Positions 1 through 13,100 of a stretch of DNA of 64,000 nt are shown here, piece after piece. Made by a program: the position numbers and the translations under genes. Source of the stretch: Bugula neritina (lineage: Eukaryota > Animalia > Bryozoa); the NCBI GenBank assembly GCA_964035545.1, contig OZ037769.1, positions 9,322,129 to 9,386,128 of the forward strand, given 5' to 3'. The notes beneath the pieces are model-generated. The model did no database searches. It was not told the origin of the DNA and worked only from the letters and a program-made list of their open reading frames with translations. Numbering within the stretch: position 1 is the stretch's first letter; each line of letters starts with the position of its first letter.

Positions 1-243
1 CTATCTTTATGCTCTCTGTTTAGTTACAAATGTTGAATACTTCAAGTGAAAAAAATTAGTTATTTAAATCAAGTATTTTGTTATTCCTTTGGTCACAGGG
101 AAGTTCTAAAAAGTAGTGTTGCTTTTCTGTAAGCCAGATATAGCCTATGTACCTGATTAACTCGTTTTCTATTGATATTGCTTCAAAATAAGCTAATGGC
201 GGCAAAAATGTTTTTATACTTTATTTCACAATCATTGTTGTAG

Positions 244-3200
244 AAGATGTAAAATCATTAGCATTACCTGGTACATATCATGAGAAGATAACTTCACTCG
301 GAAAGTCTTTGCATAAGTTTACCCGTTTGAAAAGTTTGGACTTATCACGTAATAGTTTAGACACTTTAAAGGTATGGTATATCTTTAGAAATTTAATTTG
401 TTTGCTTTTAATTTGTTGTACACAACTGTATTCCATGTAATAATTAAATTTCATGTCAAGTTAAATGTATAGTTTTGCAAAATATGCTAATATTCTCATG
501 TGAATTGTTGTAGGGGCTAGAGAACTGTACATTGCTAGAAAATGTCAATTTGTACTACAACAATTTGAGTACGCTGGAAGATGTGGCTCCACTGCGTTTC
601 AATTCTACTATCACCAACCTAGACCTTCGACTGAACCCTGTTGCTCGCACTGAGGCTGACTATCGTCTGTTTGTAGTCAACATTCTACCGAATTTAAAGA
701 TCTTAGGTATGCATTTTCAAGAACAGTAACCACGCACTGTCAGTTTCTCAGTTTGCTATCAAGTTACTGTTTGCTTATTTTTAATTTCAAGATGACCGCC
801 CAGTAAGAGAAAGTGAAAGAGAGGCTGCAACTTCACATTTTAGCTCCACTGAGTCTAAAGATGAAAAGGAAGCTTCTAAACCAACAAAATCTACGTCTAG
901 CAAAAGCAGAATAATTCCGTCTGGTATTTCACATTCTTTCACTTCAATAAAGTCTGAGTGATGGCATTCACAGTTTTTGATGTCATTTTTAACCCACACT
1001 CAATCTTTATTTCCTAAGTTTAGTAATTTTTGCTAAATTCCCTGTTACAAGAACTAGTCATCATAAGTTTAAATTGAACTAGTTCCGCAGTATTTTTCAC
1101 TTTGCTATCTGTTACTTGAAGGCATTGTAAGTGGGAGCACCATGGATGCAGAAGATAGGGCGGTACTTACACTTCTGGCCAACTGTGAAGCTGGTTTACC
1201 TCAGAATACTGGCTCCTCGGTGACCATGCCAGTCGCAGAGAATTACCAATTATCTGGTCAGTGCTTTTAATTGTTGTATCAATTTCAAAGATGAATAATT
1301 CAAAGACTTAAAGTGTCAATATTGTTGTGCAACTTTTTTGTAGTACAAAGAAGTTTAAAGGAAGCTTGCAATGGAGCAGATGTGTGATGTTATGTATAAT
1401 ATTGGTTTTTGAAACTTAAGTTTATGTATATTGTGTCTAAAAGTTTAATTTTACTCATACTCTTGCATTACATGCCAAGATACTAATACTTTTTGGTCCA
1501 CAAAACAAATTTGTTCAAGTCACATGTTAGAATAGTTGGAGAAACCTAATTGGAAGATATTTACCTGCTGCAGTATATTTGCGATCTTTCTAGTTATAGT
1601 TTGTATATCTATTTTGACCATATATGAAATAAGAAGTGCCCATGTGCGTTGACTATAAGCATTCATATTCTATGCAGAGTTGAAAGCTTTAGGCGAGCAA
1701 GAGTTAGGGGTGACTGAGGAGAGTGCAGGTGTGAGGTTTGCACCTGAGTTAGATAATGAGAGAGCCAGTTACTACCAGGCTAGATATCCTAATATACCAA
1801 CCCACAGGTAGGCAGCACACCGATTTTGTAATGTTTGCTGCATTCAACTAGACATTGCAGGCTCTTTCTTAGATTGGTTGAAGTTTCCTTAGATAAACTA
1901 TTGTAACATTAGCCCATTTCTCTGTCTATAGGGACACATGTGAGTCTAATATTCTGTCATATCTAGGAGCATATTGAATGTAGAATAGAGACACTAGTAC
2001 ATTTGAAATGAAACATCTATTATACTCGTGACTATTCTGTGTTAATGCACATATATAGAACTTGCCTGAAAGTTCATTTGTTGTTATAATAGACTGTCTG
2101 AGATTGCGATTAGCGATGTCGCTAAACAGGAAGTTGATGCTTATACTAGCTATAAAGGTCAAGGCCATTTCACTCCAAATCCAGATATTTTACCTGAAGT
2201 CACCAGCCAGAAGTCTAGGTATGTACCTTGCGCTGTGCTAAGACTAGAGTTATTAACTTTGTTTTACTCGAAGCAGCACATAGACCATACTGTGTTGAAT
2301 AGCAATCGGTTTGGATTCTCACGTGTCATGCACATATGCTTACAGTGTTGCTGTAGCAACCAATGGCAGGTGATAATACACAGTTTTTAATACTTGTGTA
2401 AAATTCTACTGTTTATCGAATTTATTATTACTTTCTATTTTACAGTTTGCCCTAAGTTATCTCACTATTTAGCCTTTTATGTTGCTTCAACTTTGCGTAG
2501 TTAATCAGTAGGCATTGAAGGAGCTACAGTTGAGTGTTCACACTAAATATGCTGTGAATGTCTTGCTTATACTTGAAGTAGGGTGATAGGAAACTGTCCA
2601 TTCACAACAAATCATGTTGTGTTCACATAGCTTTGTTTCCCATGTCTATGCAAGCTCTTCGGTCTATAATTTGTTAGATGATTATGTAGCTAAGTTTGAG
2701 ACACAGTCTTATTTTGGCGAATGCCGGCTATTAAATCACATGCCCCTCTCACATGCCCCTCTCACATGCCCCTCTCTCATGCCCCTCTCACATGCCCCTC
2801 TCACATGCCCCTCTCTCATGCCCCTCTCTCATGCCCCTCTCACATGCCCCTCTCTCATGCCCCTTTCTCATGCCCCTTTCTCATGCCCCTCTCACATGCC
2901 CCTTTCTCATGCCCCTCTCACATGCCCCTCTCACATGCCCAAGTGTTGTTAATCTTGTTATGCTTTGTTTTTGAGTAGCTCTCCAGGCAGTGCTAATGTT
3001 GACTGTCAGCATAGCAGCGGCAGCGGTGATTGTGCTGATCCAAATCTCATTAGCTTGTTGGATCTTGTTGACAAATATTGGAATGGGTCCAAGTCTCTCC
3101 ATGACAATAAAAAGTTTATGAGTGAGTTGAATGTCTGTACCCCAACAGTGTAACTTCTATAACTTTGTGTGCTGCTTGTAACCATTGAACTTTAACTATA

Positions 3201-5177
3201 GTTTCAGTTCAGTGCTTGTAACTACGTGTAACAGTAATTTTAGTGGTATCGAAGAGTTATCTTTTCATTGTATAATGAGTATTGGAGCAACAGCTTGTAA
3301 ATTAATCAACTTGATAGGAATATAATAATGTCTCTTTCCTTAGTTGTGCCTAGTGTCTGCACACATTGGTGAGATATGTGTCGTACAAGAAGGTGTATCA
3401 TACAGATATATTTCTCTTAGTCTGGTGCAGCTAGACTCATTATGTAACTTATGCTGTTATATACATCTAGAGTTAGCTGCTGATATACATGCCAACATAG
3501 TGGCCGAAGGTTCTGCTGTACTAAGAACACAGATCCAACAGTTGAAGAAAGACAACTCCGAACTTTTGGATACAGCCTTAGCTAATGAAGGGCTAAAAAG
3601 AGTAAAAGTGAAATTGGATCAGTCAGAAGTGGAAATGGTATTATGTATATTCTGTTTCATGAAACCGTATACCAAATCCAGTCTTTGTATGCTTGTGTAA
3701 TATACTAATTGTTATTTTATTGACATGTATTTCTAAGTGATTGTTTTATATTAGTTGATAGCAAGCAGCATTCTAATACATCTATTCATAAATTAATGGG
3801 GTAAAATTTTATCAATTTCCTTGATAAGTTATACTAATATAATAAATGTCTTGAACAACTTCTATGTGGATGTCCCTGCAGTCAGTTACTAATGGGAGAC
3901 ATCTTCCAGTTTGCTAAGGCTTCATGAATATTACTTACTTTTAGAATAAGCTGAGATCTGATTTAACAGAGCTTCAGTTTGAGAACAATAAACTACGTCT
4001 GGCTCTACACACTCAAAAGGAAACCAATGCACCTGCCAAATCATTGTCAGGTAGGTTTATACAATATATAGTGTTAGTTTGTGTATGCGTTCTTCACCTC
4101 ACGTGTGTGTGTGTGCGTGCGTGTATGCGTGTGTGAACACCTGTGTGCGTGCCTGCATGTGTCTGCATATAATCTGTTATAGTTCTGTGTGCATATCTTG
4201 GTGTGTGTCTGCTTATCCTCTATAATAATTCTCAGAATGCTATGATGGCTATTCAACAGGTGCCAGCAGCCGAGAACTGGAAGAGCTGAGGCATGAGAAC
4301 CACCAGCTGCAGTTCAAACTAAAGCAGTATTCACAGATGTCAGAGCTGGCCAAAATGTTGCAAGAGAGTCACAAGTATGCAGACTATTTACTATATACGG
4401 TATTCATAGTGATACCTGGAGGAAAAGGCTTTTATAAATAATTTCTTTCGATATAGAATGCCGATCCTTTCCACAACAAAATAATTAACAACTTCATTTC
4501 CAACAACAATTATTTATTTCAAGACATAAATATCTGCTCATTGCATAATTAATTTTAGTGTAAGTAGTTTCAATTTTGTAAAATAAGTTGATAACCTACA
4601 ACTACCAAAAGGTGTACTATAGTCCTGGTTTGTAGTTTCTTAAGTCAATTGTTGGACTAGTAAATTTATGCACATCATTGCTTGCAATAAATTACCAAAA
4701 AGTCTTGAAAAACTTGAAACAATTTTATTCATAAAAAGAAGACAACTATGATTTAAATATATATTCATAATTTTCGGCAGCAACAGGGTTTTCTAACAAG
4801 TAACCTACCACCAGTTTTGCTTATAAGCTTAGCATCATGTGCTTTGAATTTAGCATGATACAGAACTGCAACTTAGGCAGGATTTTGTTAGCACTCAACA
4901 CTATCTGGTGAATGCTGTGATACACAGTAGGTGGCACTAGTATCTCGATAGGCTATTTTATACTTGTTGCATCGGTTTATATTTTTTTTGGGTTTATACA
5001 TACATGTACCATGAAAATATAACTTTACTGCAAATCCTAGAAATTTTTCAGGATATACTATGATAAAATATTATGTTTTATGTTCATTTCAGGTCTCTTG
5101 TTCAGACTAACGATCATCTGCTCAAAGAAATCAATGAAATGAGGAGTTGTACAAATAAAATAAATGGCCACAGCTAA
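244..5177 (+). CDS. CEP72: Centrosomal protein CEP72-like (N-terminal LRRs, C-terminal coiled coil); multi-exon, first exon lies upstream of the window
   Basis: Spliced exons ~244-371, 514-706, 792-923, 1122-1256, ~1678-1807, 2150-2218, 2979-3121, ~3471-3637, ~3945-4050, 4260-4373, 5093-5177 (TAA 5175-5177). Peptides SLALPGTYHEKITSLGKSL..LKSLDLSRNSL, NLYYNNL, DLRLNPV..DYRLFVV, LDDRPVRESER, LLDLVDKYWNGSKSLH and MLQESHKSLVQTNDHLL match CEP72 motifs as I recall them. Confidence 0.9.
2737..2940. repeat. Intronic minisatellite, 13-15 bp unit (CATGCCCCTCTCA), about 15 copies
   Basis: Direct tandem repeats ending about 40 nt before a CEP72 acceptor; source of the spurious MPLSHAPL ORFs. Confidence 0.95.
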
Positions 5178-5302
5178 CCTGCGTTGGCAACATTACAGCC
5201 CCTCTTTACTCACTATGATAGTATGCACTCTAGTTTTTGTTAAAGTCAGTCATATTTAGTAGATTCTAGATTAAGTTTTTTTTTCTCACTTTTGACAAGT
5301 AT

Positions 5303-5427
5303 TAACGTAGGGCCACATGACCCGATTTACCCGCTCGCGGTTCGTGAGAAAACCCGTTTAGCCCAGGACAGGTTTTCTCGCAATTCGGACCTGCCGGGGA
5401 ACCCCGCATCGTGTGGCCCTACGGTTA
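5303..5427. mobile_element. Short fold-back MITE-like element in the CEP72 3' UTR
   Basis: TIRs TAACGTAGGGCCACATGA / TCGTGTGGCCCTACGGTTA plus inner GAGAAAACC / GGTTTTCTC; GC-rich island in AT-rich flanks; TAA/TTA at the ends. Confidence 0.65.
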
Positions 5428-5986
5428 TAGATTTCTCTACAGTCCTTTTTACAGTTTAGAGAATTATTACTGTGAATTAATCTCATGCATTTCACAGCTT
5501 TATAATGAATAGTTGCACAATGTTTTACACCTACAAAGGTATAGTTAATTACTATTTATAAATTGCCTAAAATACTTTGTAATTATTCATTTGCGTGTGT
5601 GCTTAGAATCAGGTCTTAGTAATCAAAGCCTGTGTGAGTTTTTCATATATTTTATAGCTTTGAACTATTCATATTGAAATAAAATGATTTTTGAAAGTTT
5701 TGCATATTCCATTACTTTGTTCAGACTAGTAATATTACGTGTACTTTACTTATGCAAACATACAAAGTCATACATATTATGTAGAAGCCTATAAGTTAGA
5801 TTTGAGAAGCGATTGTCTTTATATTTAAAGCAACCCAATGCTAGAGCTTCAGTGAGTGATTTTCGCGAAAATATAATGAAAGGCATACAGCTTTCTTTAC
5901 AGATCCCAAACTTTTATTTTTATCACACTTATAAAAACAACAAAAAGAATAAGAAATTTGAAGGCAGCAAAACATTAGTTGGAACT

Positions 5987-7158
5987 TCACGCCTCAGGTC
6001 CTTCAGATGCAGCTGCTTGCTGTGGGACATCGCCACCGCCAGCCTGCTTCTTTGTTCCTGACACAATGTCGTCTATTCTCAGCAAGAGAATTGCAGTCTA
6101 AAACAAATTTCAATTTCAATGCAAAAACAGTGCCATTTCACAATGAGGACACGAATGCATTATACCCCAACACCTGTAGCCACATTCAACCCATATTAAC
6201 ATGTTAAAAGCTTAAAACTTCAATGATTATGAACATGTGCAGCTAAACTTATTTCGCAAGTGGCAATGAACATGAGAGATTCACTATAAAAGGAAAAAGT
6301 CTGCTTGAGAACGTAGCAGATACATCTGGTCACAAGACTCCCTATTACAGATATTTCTTGCACACAGCTAGTCAGTTAGAGCTGAAGCTTACTTCCACGG
6401 CAGTCTTATACACTTGAGCTTTGACTGAGAACGGCTCCCAAATTCCAAACTCTTTCATATCTACAATATTTCCGCTTTCACCATCTATGCCCCAAGTGGT
6501 ATTGCCAGGAGTTGCATGTTTTGCCTGCAACAGTGCATTACATTACATCAAGCCCACCACTGAACAATTTGCTACAGCATAAAATCCTTTCCAATAACCA
6601 AAAGGAAACATTATTAAAGCTGCAGACAAATTTCAATGGTTATGCACGGAAGTAGCCAAGACAGATACAAGTTGAATCACACTTGAATTTTCTTAATTAA
6701 AAAGACTTTGACTTAAATTTCCATGAATAAAATTGTTTTAGCAGCAATATTACAACGTTATTTTCAAAATTTTTACAACATAATCAATTATTTTGTAGGT
6801 CAACATTTTATTTGTAATATTCTTTCTTATCCAATTTGTTCTTTCCGCTAAATTAAGCTAAAGTGCTTGCAAATAACCAATCTCTGTAATAACAAAACCA
6901 ATAATACAGATAATATTTCAGATACTTCATTTAGAGTGTTGATTTTAGACTTTAAAAATTAACTAAATTAAAAGAAAGGTTTTGCAGTAAGATAGCCACA
7001 CTTACCCTGAGAGCAGTGATTGTCCTAATAGTGTTGGCACCACAGTTCTGAATAAGTGTCCTTGGTATGACCTCCAGAGACTTGGCTACAGCTCTGTATG
7101 GCCACTGCTCCACTCCAGTTATGGACTTGGCCTTTTCATTCAGTGCCTACCAATATTA

Positions 7159-7195
<37 letters not shown>

Positions 7196-10100
7196 ACAGC
7201 ATGAGTTGCAGCCCACTGCACTGCATATAATGTAATCTACACCCTCAATCTCCTAGAATAATTATACAATACTCAAAAAAACTTGCAGGGGAAGATACCA
7301 GAGTGGCAACTATTAGCTTGCAGTGAAATCTCTTTGAAATTAAAGAACTATGTTATATATTAAAGCTAACCCATGCCACTGCCATTTCTGTAGCACCACC
7401 ACCAGGGGTCAGCCTTCCATCAACCATGACGTTACGTGCTACATTCATTGCGTCTTGGAGATTTCGTTCCACCTCCATTAAGAAGTCTTTACCAGCACCT
7501 CTAAGCACGATGGTGCAGGCTTTTGGATCTTTACATTCCTCGATGTAGGAGAAATATCTGCAATAAGAAATACACACGTTATACAGCTTGGACACTATGA
7601 ATGCAATGGCTCAACATATTTTTCAAGTCAAATCATGTTCAATTTATATGTCAGTACAACTACTTACTCATCTCCAATCTTTCGAACTTCAAACAATCCA
7701 CATTCTGTACCCACATCCTCTTCTTTCAACTCATCAGTTCGATTAACTACTGTAGCACCACATGCTCGGGCGATACGGTTGTTATCAGACTTACGAACTC
7801 TACGTAGCACACTGATGCCTACAAATGAATAAAATACGTAAGAAAGCAAATCAGATTTCAAACTAGAAGCTCACTTCTGACTTTTCCAATGTATCTCAAA
7901 CATTCCGCTATATTTCAATTTGTGCTCCATTGAGTAAGAAATGGAACTAAGTCGTATGATGGTATTGCCTGTCAAATGGTGAGGTTACATTGAGCTTTTG
8001 GAGTTATCTTATCAGCCAGCACAAATAATCATATAGTTCTAATGATAATGTGCATCATCCAGCTGTGCCAGCTGTTTTATTAGATTAAATAAACTATTTA
8101 GGTTTATCTTTTGTTACATTGAATCAGAAATAAACAGACAAATAAAGGATTTCTAGTGTTTCAACAGGCCATGTAAGCAATTTAATAATAACCAAATAAC
8201 CTGAAAACATAAAATTAGCGTTGTCAAAATAACAGAGAATTAACTTACACACAATTTTCGTGTCTATGTACTATAAAGTATTGCAAAATTAACTTGAGCA
8301 AATCTTTTCAAGTCAAATGTGAAATTATCATTTTAATGAAAGTGATGGAAGCCAGAGCAACTGAATTGCAGTATATACTAAGTATACAGTATATACTGAG
8401 TATACAGTATATAATAAGTATACAGTATATAATAAGTATAAAGTATATAATAAGTATCTAGTATATAATAAGTATACATTATATAATAAGTATACAGTAT
8501 ATAATAAGTATACAGTATATAATAAATATACAGTATATAATAAGTATACAGTATATAATAAATATACAGTATATAATGAGTATACAGTATATAATGAGTA
8601 TACAGTATATAATAAGTATGCAGTATATAATAAGTATACAGTATATAATAAATATACAGTATATAATAAATATACTGTATATAATAAATATACAGTATAT
8701 AATAAGTACCTATACAGTATCTAATAAAATAATAGTGCGATAAGAAATGGTGGAGCAGCTTGGAATAATACTTGTGAAATAGTAGTGAATGAGTGCTATA
8801 ATAGAGTATACACATAACACACCTGCTTTCAAAAGGAAATGCTGGGCCAGATCTGAGACACCTTTCTCTGTGATGACGAGGTCAGGTTTTACAGCTATGA
8901 CATCAGCACATATCTGTCTGATATACTCTTCTTCCAGTTCAAGTATACGGCTGCAATATCAACATGAGCAATCTTTGCATTCAGCACACGGAAATTGGGA
9001 CATGCAAGTGAGAGGTATGATATACAGTTGACCCACTTGCAACTACACTTACATGTTATTTGCCCACATGTCACCTCATCAATTTAGAAAAGCTCACATA
9101 TGATGAATCATGACCTTATCTAGATCAGCATGGGGGGGGGGGGTTGGAGGTGTTAGTAATTAGTATGGAGTGCAGAGTAGAAACAGTTATATAGACATCA
9201 ATTAGCTACTCAGCAACATAGTTACAGCAGGAGAGGTGACTCAGTAGACAAGCCGAGACTTGGTAATTGTATGGATAATCATGTATAGATTGCTGCATAT
9301 ATTAGTGTGTACAGTGCTGAAAATACTACAGCATTCATTAGTGTACACAGTACTGTACATTCAACTGCAGATAAAATGCTGTAAATTTCCACATGATGGT
9401 ATGTTGGAAACAATCGAAAGATGGTTTACATTCAAATTACACCAATGAGAATTTCCATTATAATATGATTGTGAATCATTCAACAACAATTTATTGTAAG
9501 CTCCATTGCACATTGTCATTTGACAATACAAACTAATTGGAAAACACCAGAGAAAAAGAGGAAAAAAACACAGCATGGAAAATAAAATAGGAGATTCCAT
9601 CATAATTTCTTATTCCTTTATTTTTAAAAGTCTCTATCTAGTTAAAATGTTTTTGTATTGTATTGTTAGAAAGTTTAAAAGTTACCAAGTCTGACCAACA
9701 CAGTGGTCTGTACTCAGTAAAATATATTTTAAAGTGTAAGAAAAAACAGAAAAGCTATATTTAATGTTATATCCGAGCATCTTAGCCCTAAGATAGGGAA
9801 ATAACAAATGGTCAGATCTCAAGAGTTTTACTACTCAAGTAAATATGAAACTCACGCAAAATCAGTTTCCTTGCTGAGTTCAATATTCGTCTGACTTTCA
9901 CCTTTCTTGTATTCAAGGTTACAGTCTAGAAGACAGATCCTAGGGTTGATTAACTTTCTCTTCATCTTGGGGTGAACAACATCCTTATTCAACATGACTC
10001 CCCGCAAAACACAGGAGTCTTCAATGGCACCCCCTGGTATCTGTAATCAGGTGAATTCAACTAGTATGTTCTCTGCGCTACTAGCTGCACACAAACCATA

Positions 10101-13100
10101 CACTATATAGCATAGATAGTAATACTTGCTTGCTATATAAATAAACACTGGACTCATTTGCAAAATTTACTTTGTAATACTAAACTAATCATCCATTCAT
10201 AGCATAAGGACTTTAAACTTGGAGTACAGGCAGGAATTAGGAGCTGGAGCTGCCAGAATTCTATTACTATTCCTTTTAACTACCATCTACTACTGGCTCA
10301 CAACATCTCCTGGTTATTTTGATACCTTTGATACCTAAGATTTTCGAAGTGACCGGACTGGTGAAAATGAGATTCAATGTGAAGTAACTCCAGACAGCCA
10401 GAGAAAGCCCAAAACAACCTGACTACTGGCTATCAATTTGATTGAACGAGTAACATGGTTAGGAAGCCCAAAAATAATTCAGCCATTTTAACTTCAATAC
10501 CCTAAGACCTAAAGATATCCATGAGCAACAAATTTCACCATTATTAGATTGGATATCTCAAAATGTACAACTGGTGTAAGTTACTCTAACAATAAATTCA
10601 TACTATATATAGTTGGTTCGAGTTAACAACTATAATCAACACACTACATTTAGTGATTAGCATTAAAATCACTTACTTATATAAAACATGTTTCCATATT
10701 TTAACTGTTCCACATACTCACCATCATGTGAGATTTTTAGGAAATAAAAATCGGTGTAAGAAGAGATAAAGAATTGAAAATATCCGGAGTGGAGGCTTCA
10801 GAAAAAACCCTTGACTTGAATAAATCTTTACACTTGCCAAGAGTTTTCCAAATGAGAAAAAAAATCATTCCAAAAGAATTTGCTAATTGTAAATTTCCAT
10901 TATACAAACTAGAAAGAATGTAGTGGGTGAACACAACAAAAACTAATGGCTCAACAATAGTAATGAGCAACTGTGTAAACACAAAGCACAAGTTGTTGCT
11001 TCGATATGTATAAATCAATAATTTCATTTGAATGGAAGTAGCATTCATAAAGAAAACATAAATAGTTGTGCATGGAATTATCACATACAAATTCTCAACT
11101 GAATGTTAAAAAGTTGGAATTTCCTGAATAGAAATGGCAAATAACATGAATGGAAATGTATTTACCTTTTCTACTTTGGCATATCTCTTGATGTCTATCT
11201 CACGTCTACCATTTTCCTCCATTGAAACAGTAGATACAGCATCAAGGGCAATGGTGCAGGCCAAATCTGACCATTTACTGATTATCTTTGTTCCAATACA
11301 GCTCTTGATAATTCTTAACATGTCATCTCTGTTTGTTACATCCACTTCCATGCTGAAAGCAAATTAATATTGACAGTGCACAACAACACTCTACAAAACA
11401 TGCTGATATGTGTAAATAGAGAAACAAAAACGTTCCAGCTTTGCTATCAATTTCAAGGTCACCTAACTTTTGTACTACTTGATCAATTTAAAGGAAAATA
11501 GCTTGGGAATAATTTATTTTCAAAACTACCACTTGCCAAATCAAATATTTATTTGCATTACTTTACATATTGATGTGCATGAAGAAAACTAGTACAGTTT
11601 ATAGTTTGATAAAATTTCCATTGAAAATAAAAGAAATTGACACTATACTAACATGTCAATGTAGGTTTTAGGTTAGTTTTCAAAAACAATTGGAAATGCA
11701 AGCACTAAACTTAGATACTAAGTATGGACAAATGATAATCACAAACCCATGTTTTCTTTTGTAAAAAGAACAATTTTAATATTGGGGAGATACAAATTAT
11801 TCACTGATAAATAAAGAGAAAAATGAAGTATAAAATCAAAGATTTTGATTTGCCGGAAATGTAATAAAGTTCTCATGAGCAGCTAAACTAGTTTTCATAA
11901 AAACAATATTTTCAAGTGTGTTTATGAAAGCAACAGTAGTAAAAGTTTGAGTTTGTTAATTAAATATTACATTTTTATGTAAGGAGAGTCCTAATTTTAC
12001 TTGAACAGCATGACAATGTACACCCACTGTGTTTAACAATATTACTTGACACAGTTAAGGAAACCAACTTTTAGTATTTTTATATTTCGAATTGCGCTGA
12101 TAGAGCCAGTGAAACACAACATGAACATTTATTTGAAAATGATAAATTATTTCAAAATAACTTGGACATTTGCAGACTTTAATGTGTGTGTGTGTTTTAT
12201 TTTCATCATAACATAGTGTTTTACAACTAGGATAATTTACAAGAGCAGAACAAGCAATTAGAAAAGAAACATAGTAACAAATAACAGTATATCAAAATAA
12301 GCTGTCGGAAATGATGATGAGGCCCAGTGCGAAATAGCATGGCTAGTGGTACGCGGGCCCAATATTGGCATTACCATACAAGGCACCACAGACCACTCAA
12401 CAGAGTGGAGGTGATGCCTCAATTCCGCTTTAAATTTACCAAGTGGCTGTATAATCTTTAAAAATTTAGGCAACTTATTCCACAGTGCAGATATTACAAA
12501 ATTTGAGGTGCGTTGAAATGTATATCTAATCAATTTGTTTTTCTAGCTTAGATAAGCTCAAACTGTTAATCTACACTTTCTATAAATTATCTTGACTTAA
12601 ACTTTGGGACTACCTAACATCTATTGCAAATTTTATAAAAATATATATGGCCAATGAAACATGATTTTGGTATGATTTCGATCAATTTTTTTAAAATAAA
12701 ATCGAATTTAATCAAGTTACTTTCCAATTGAAAAAGTAGGTTTGCCAACAACTATGGGTTTTTGCAATGCTTGTGATAGGTTGAACGATAATACTGGTTC
12801 ACCTGACAGAGAACTGAACTGTAACTGATTGAAGTGAAAGCTTGCAGAATTAATTTATTTCTGTTGCTTAGTAATAGTGTTGTTTTAAAACTCTAGGTGT
12901 TGTGTCCCTAAACTGTCATACTGAACATTTGTAATACCATCACATTTTCTCTATTACTAAACTAACTATTTTATTTTCAAAGCTTGTTATATAAAATACA
13001 ATAACTTACTACTAAACTGTAAGGCTAATGCATAAATAAGTAGTTTCAAGAAATTTGCGGCCTCACTCTTTAAATTGCAGTCAAAGTTATTAAATACTAT

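Noticed and set aside
2614-2978. ORFs with MPLSHAPL repeats
   Set aside because: Translations of an intronic 13-bp minisatellite, open in several frames.
8981-9082. C/D snoRNA with a U6-like antisense element (minus strand UUGAUGA...AAUUUCCGUGUG-CUGA)
   Set aside because: Mismatch within the U6 pairing, the predicted target is not a methylation site I know, and there is no terminal stem.
10737-11090. 117-aa intronic ORF or second LINE fragment
   Set aside because: AT-rich low-information translation with no convincing RT motif.
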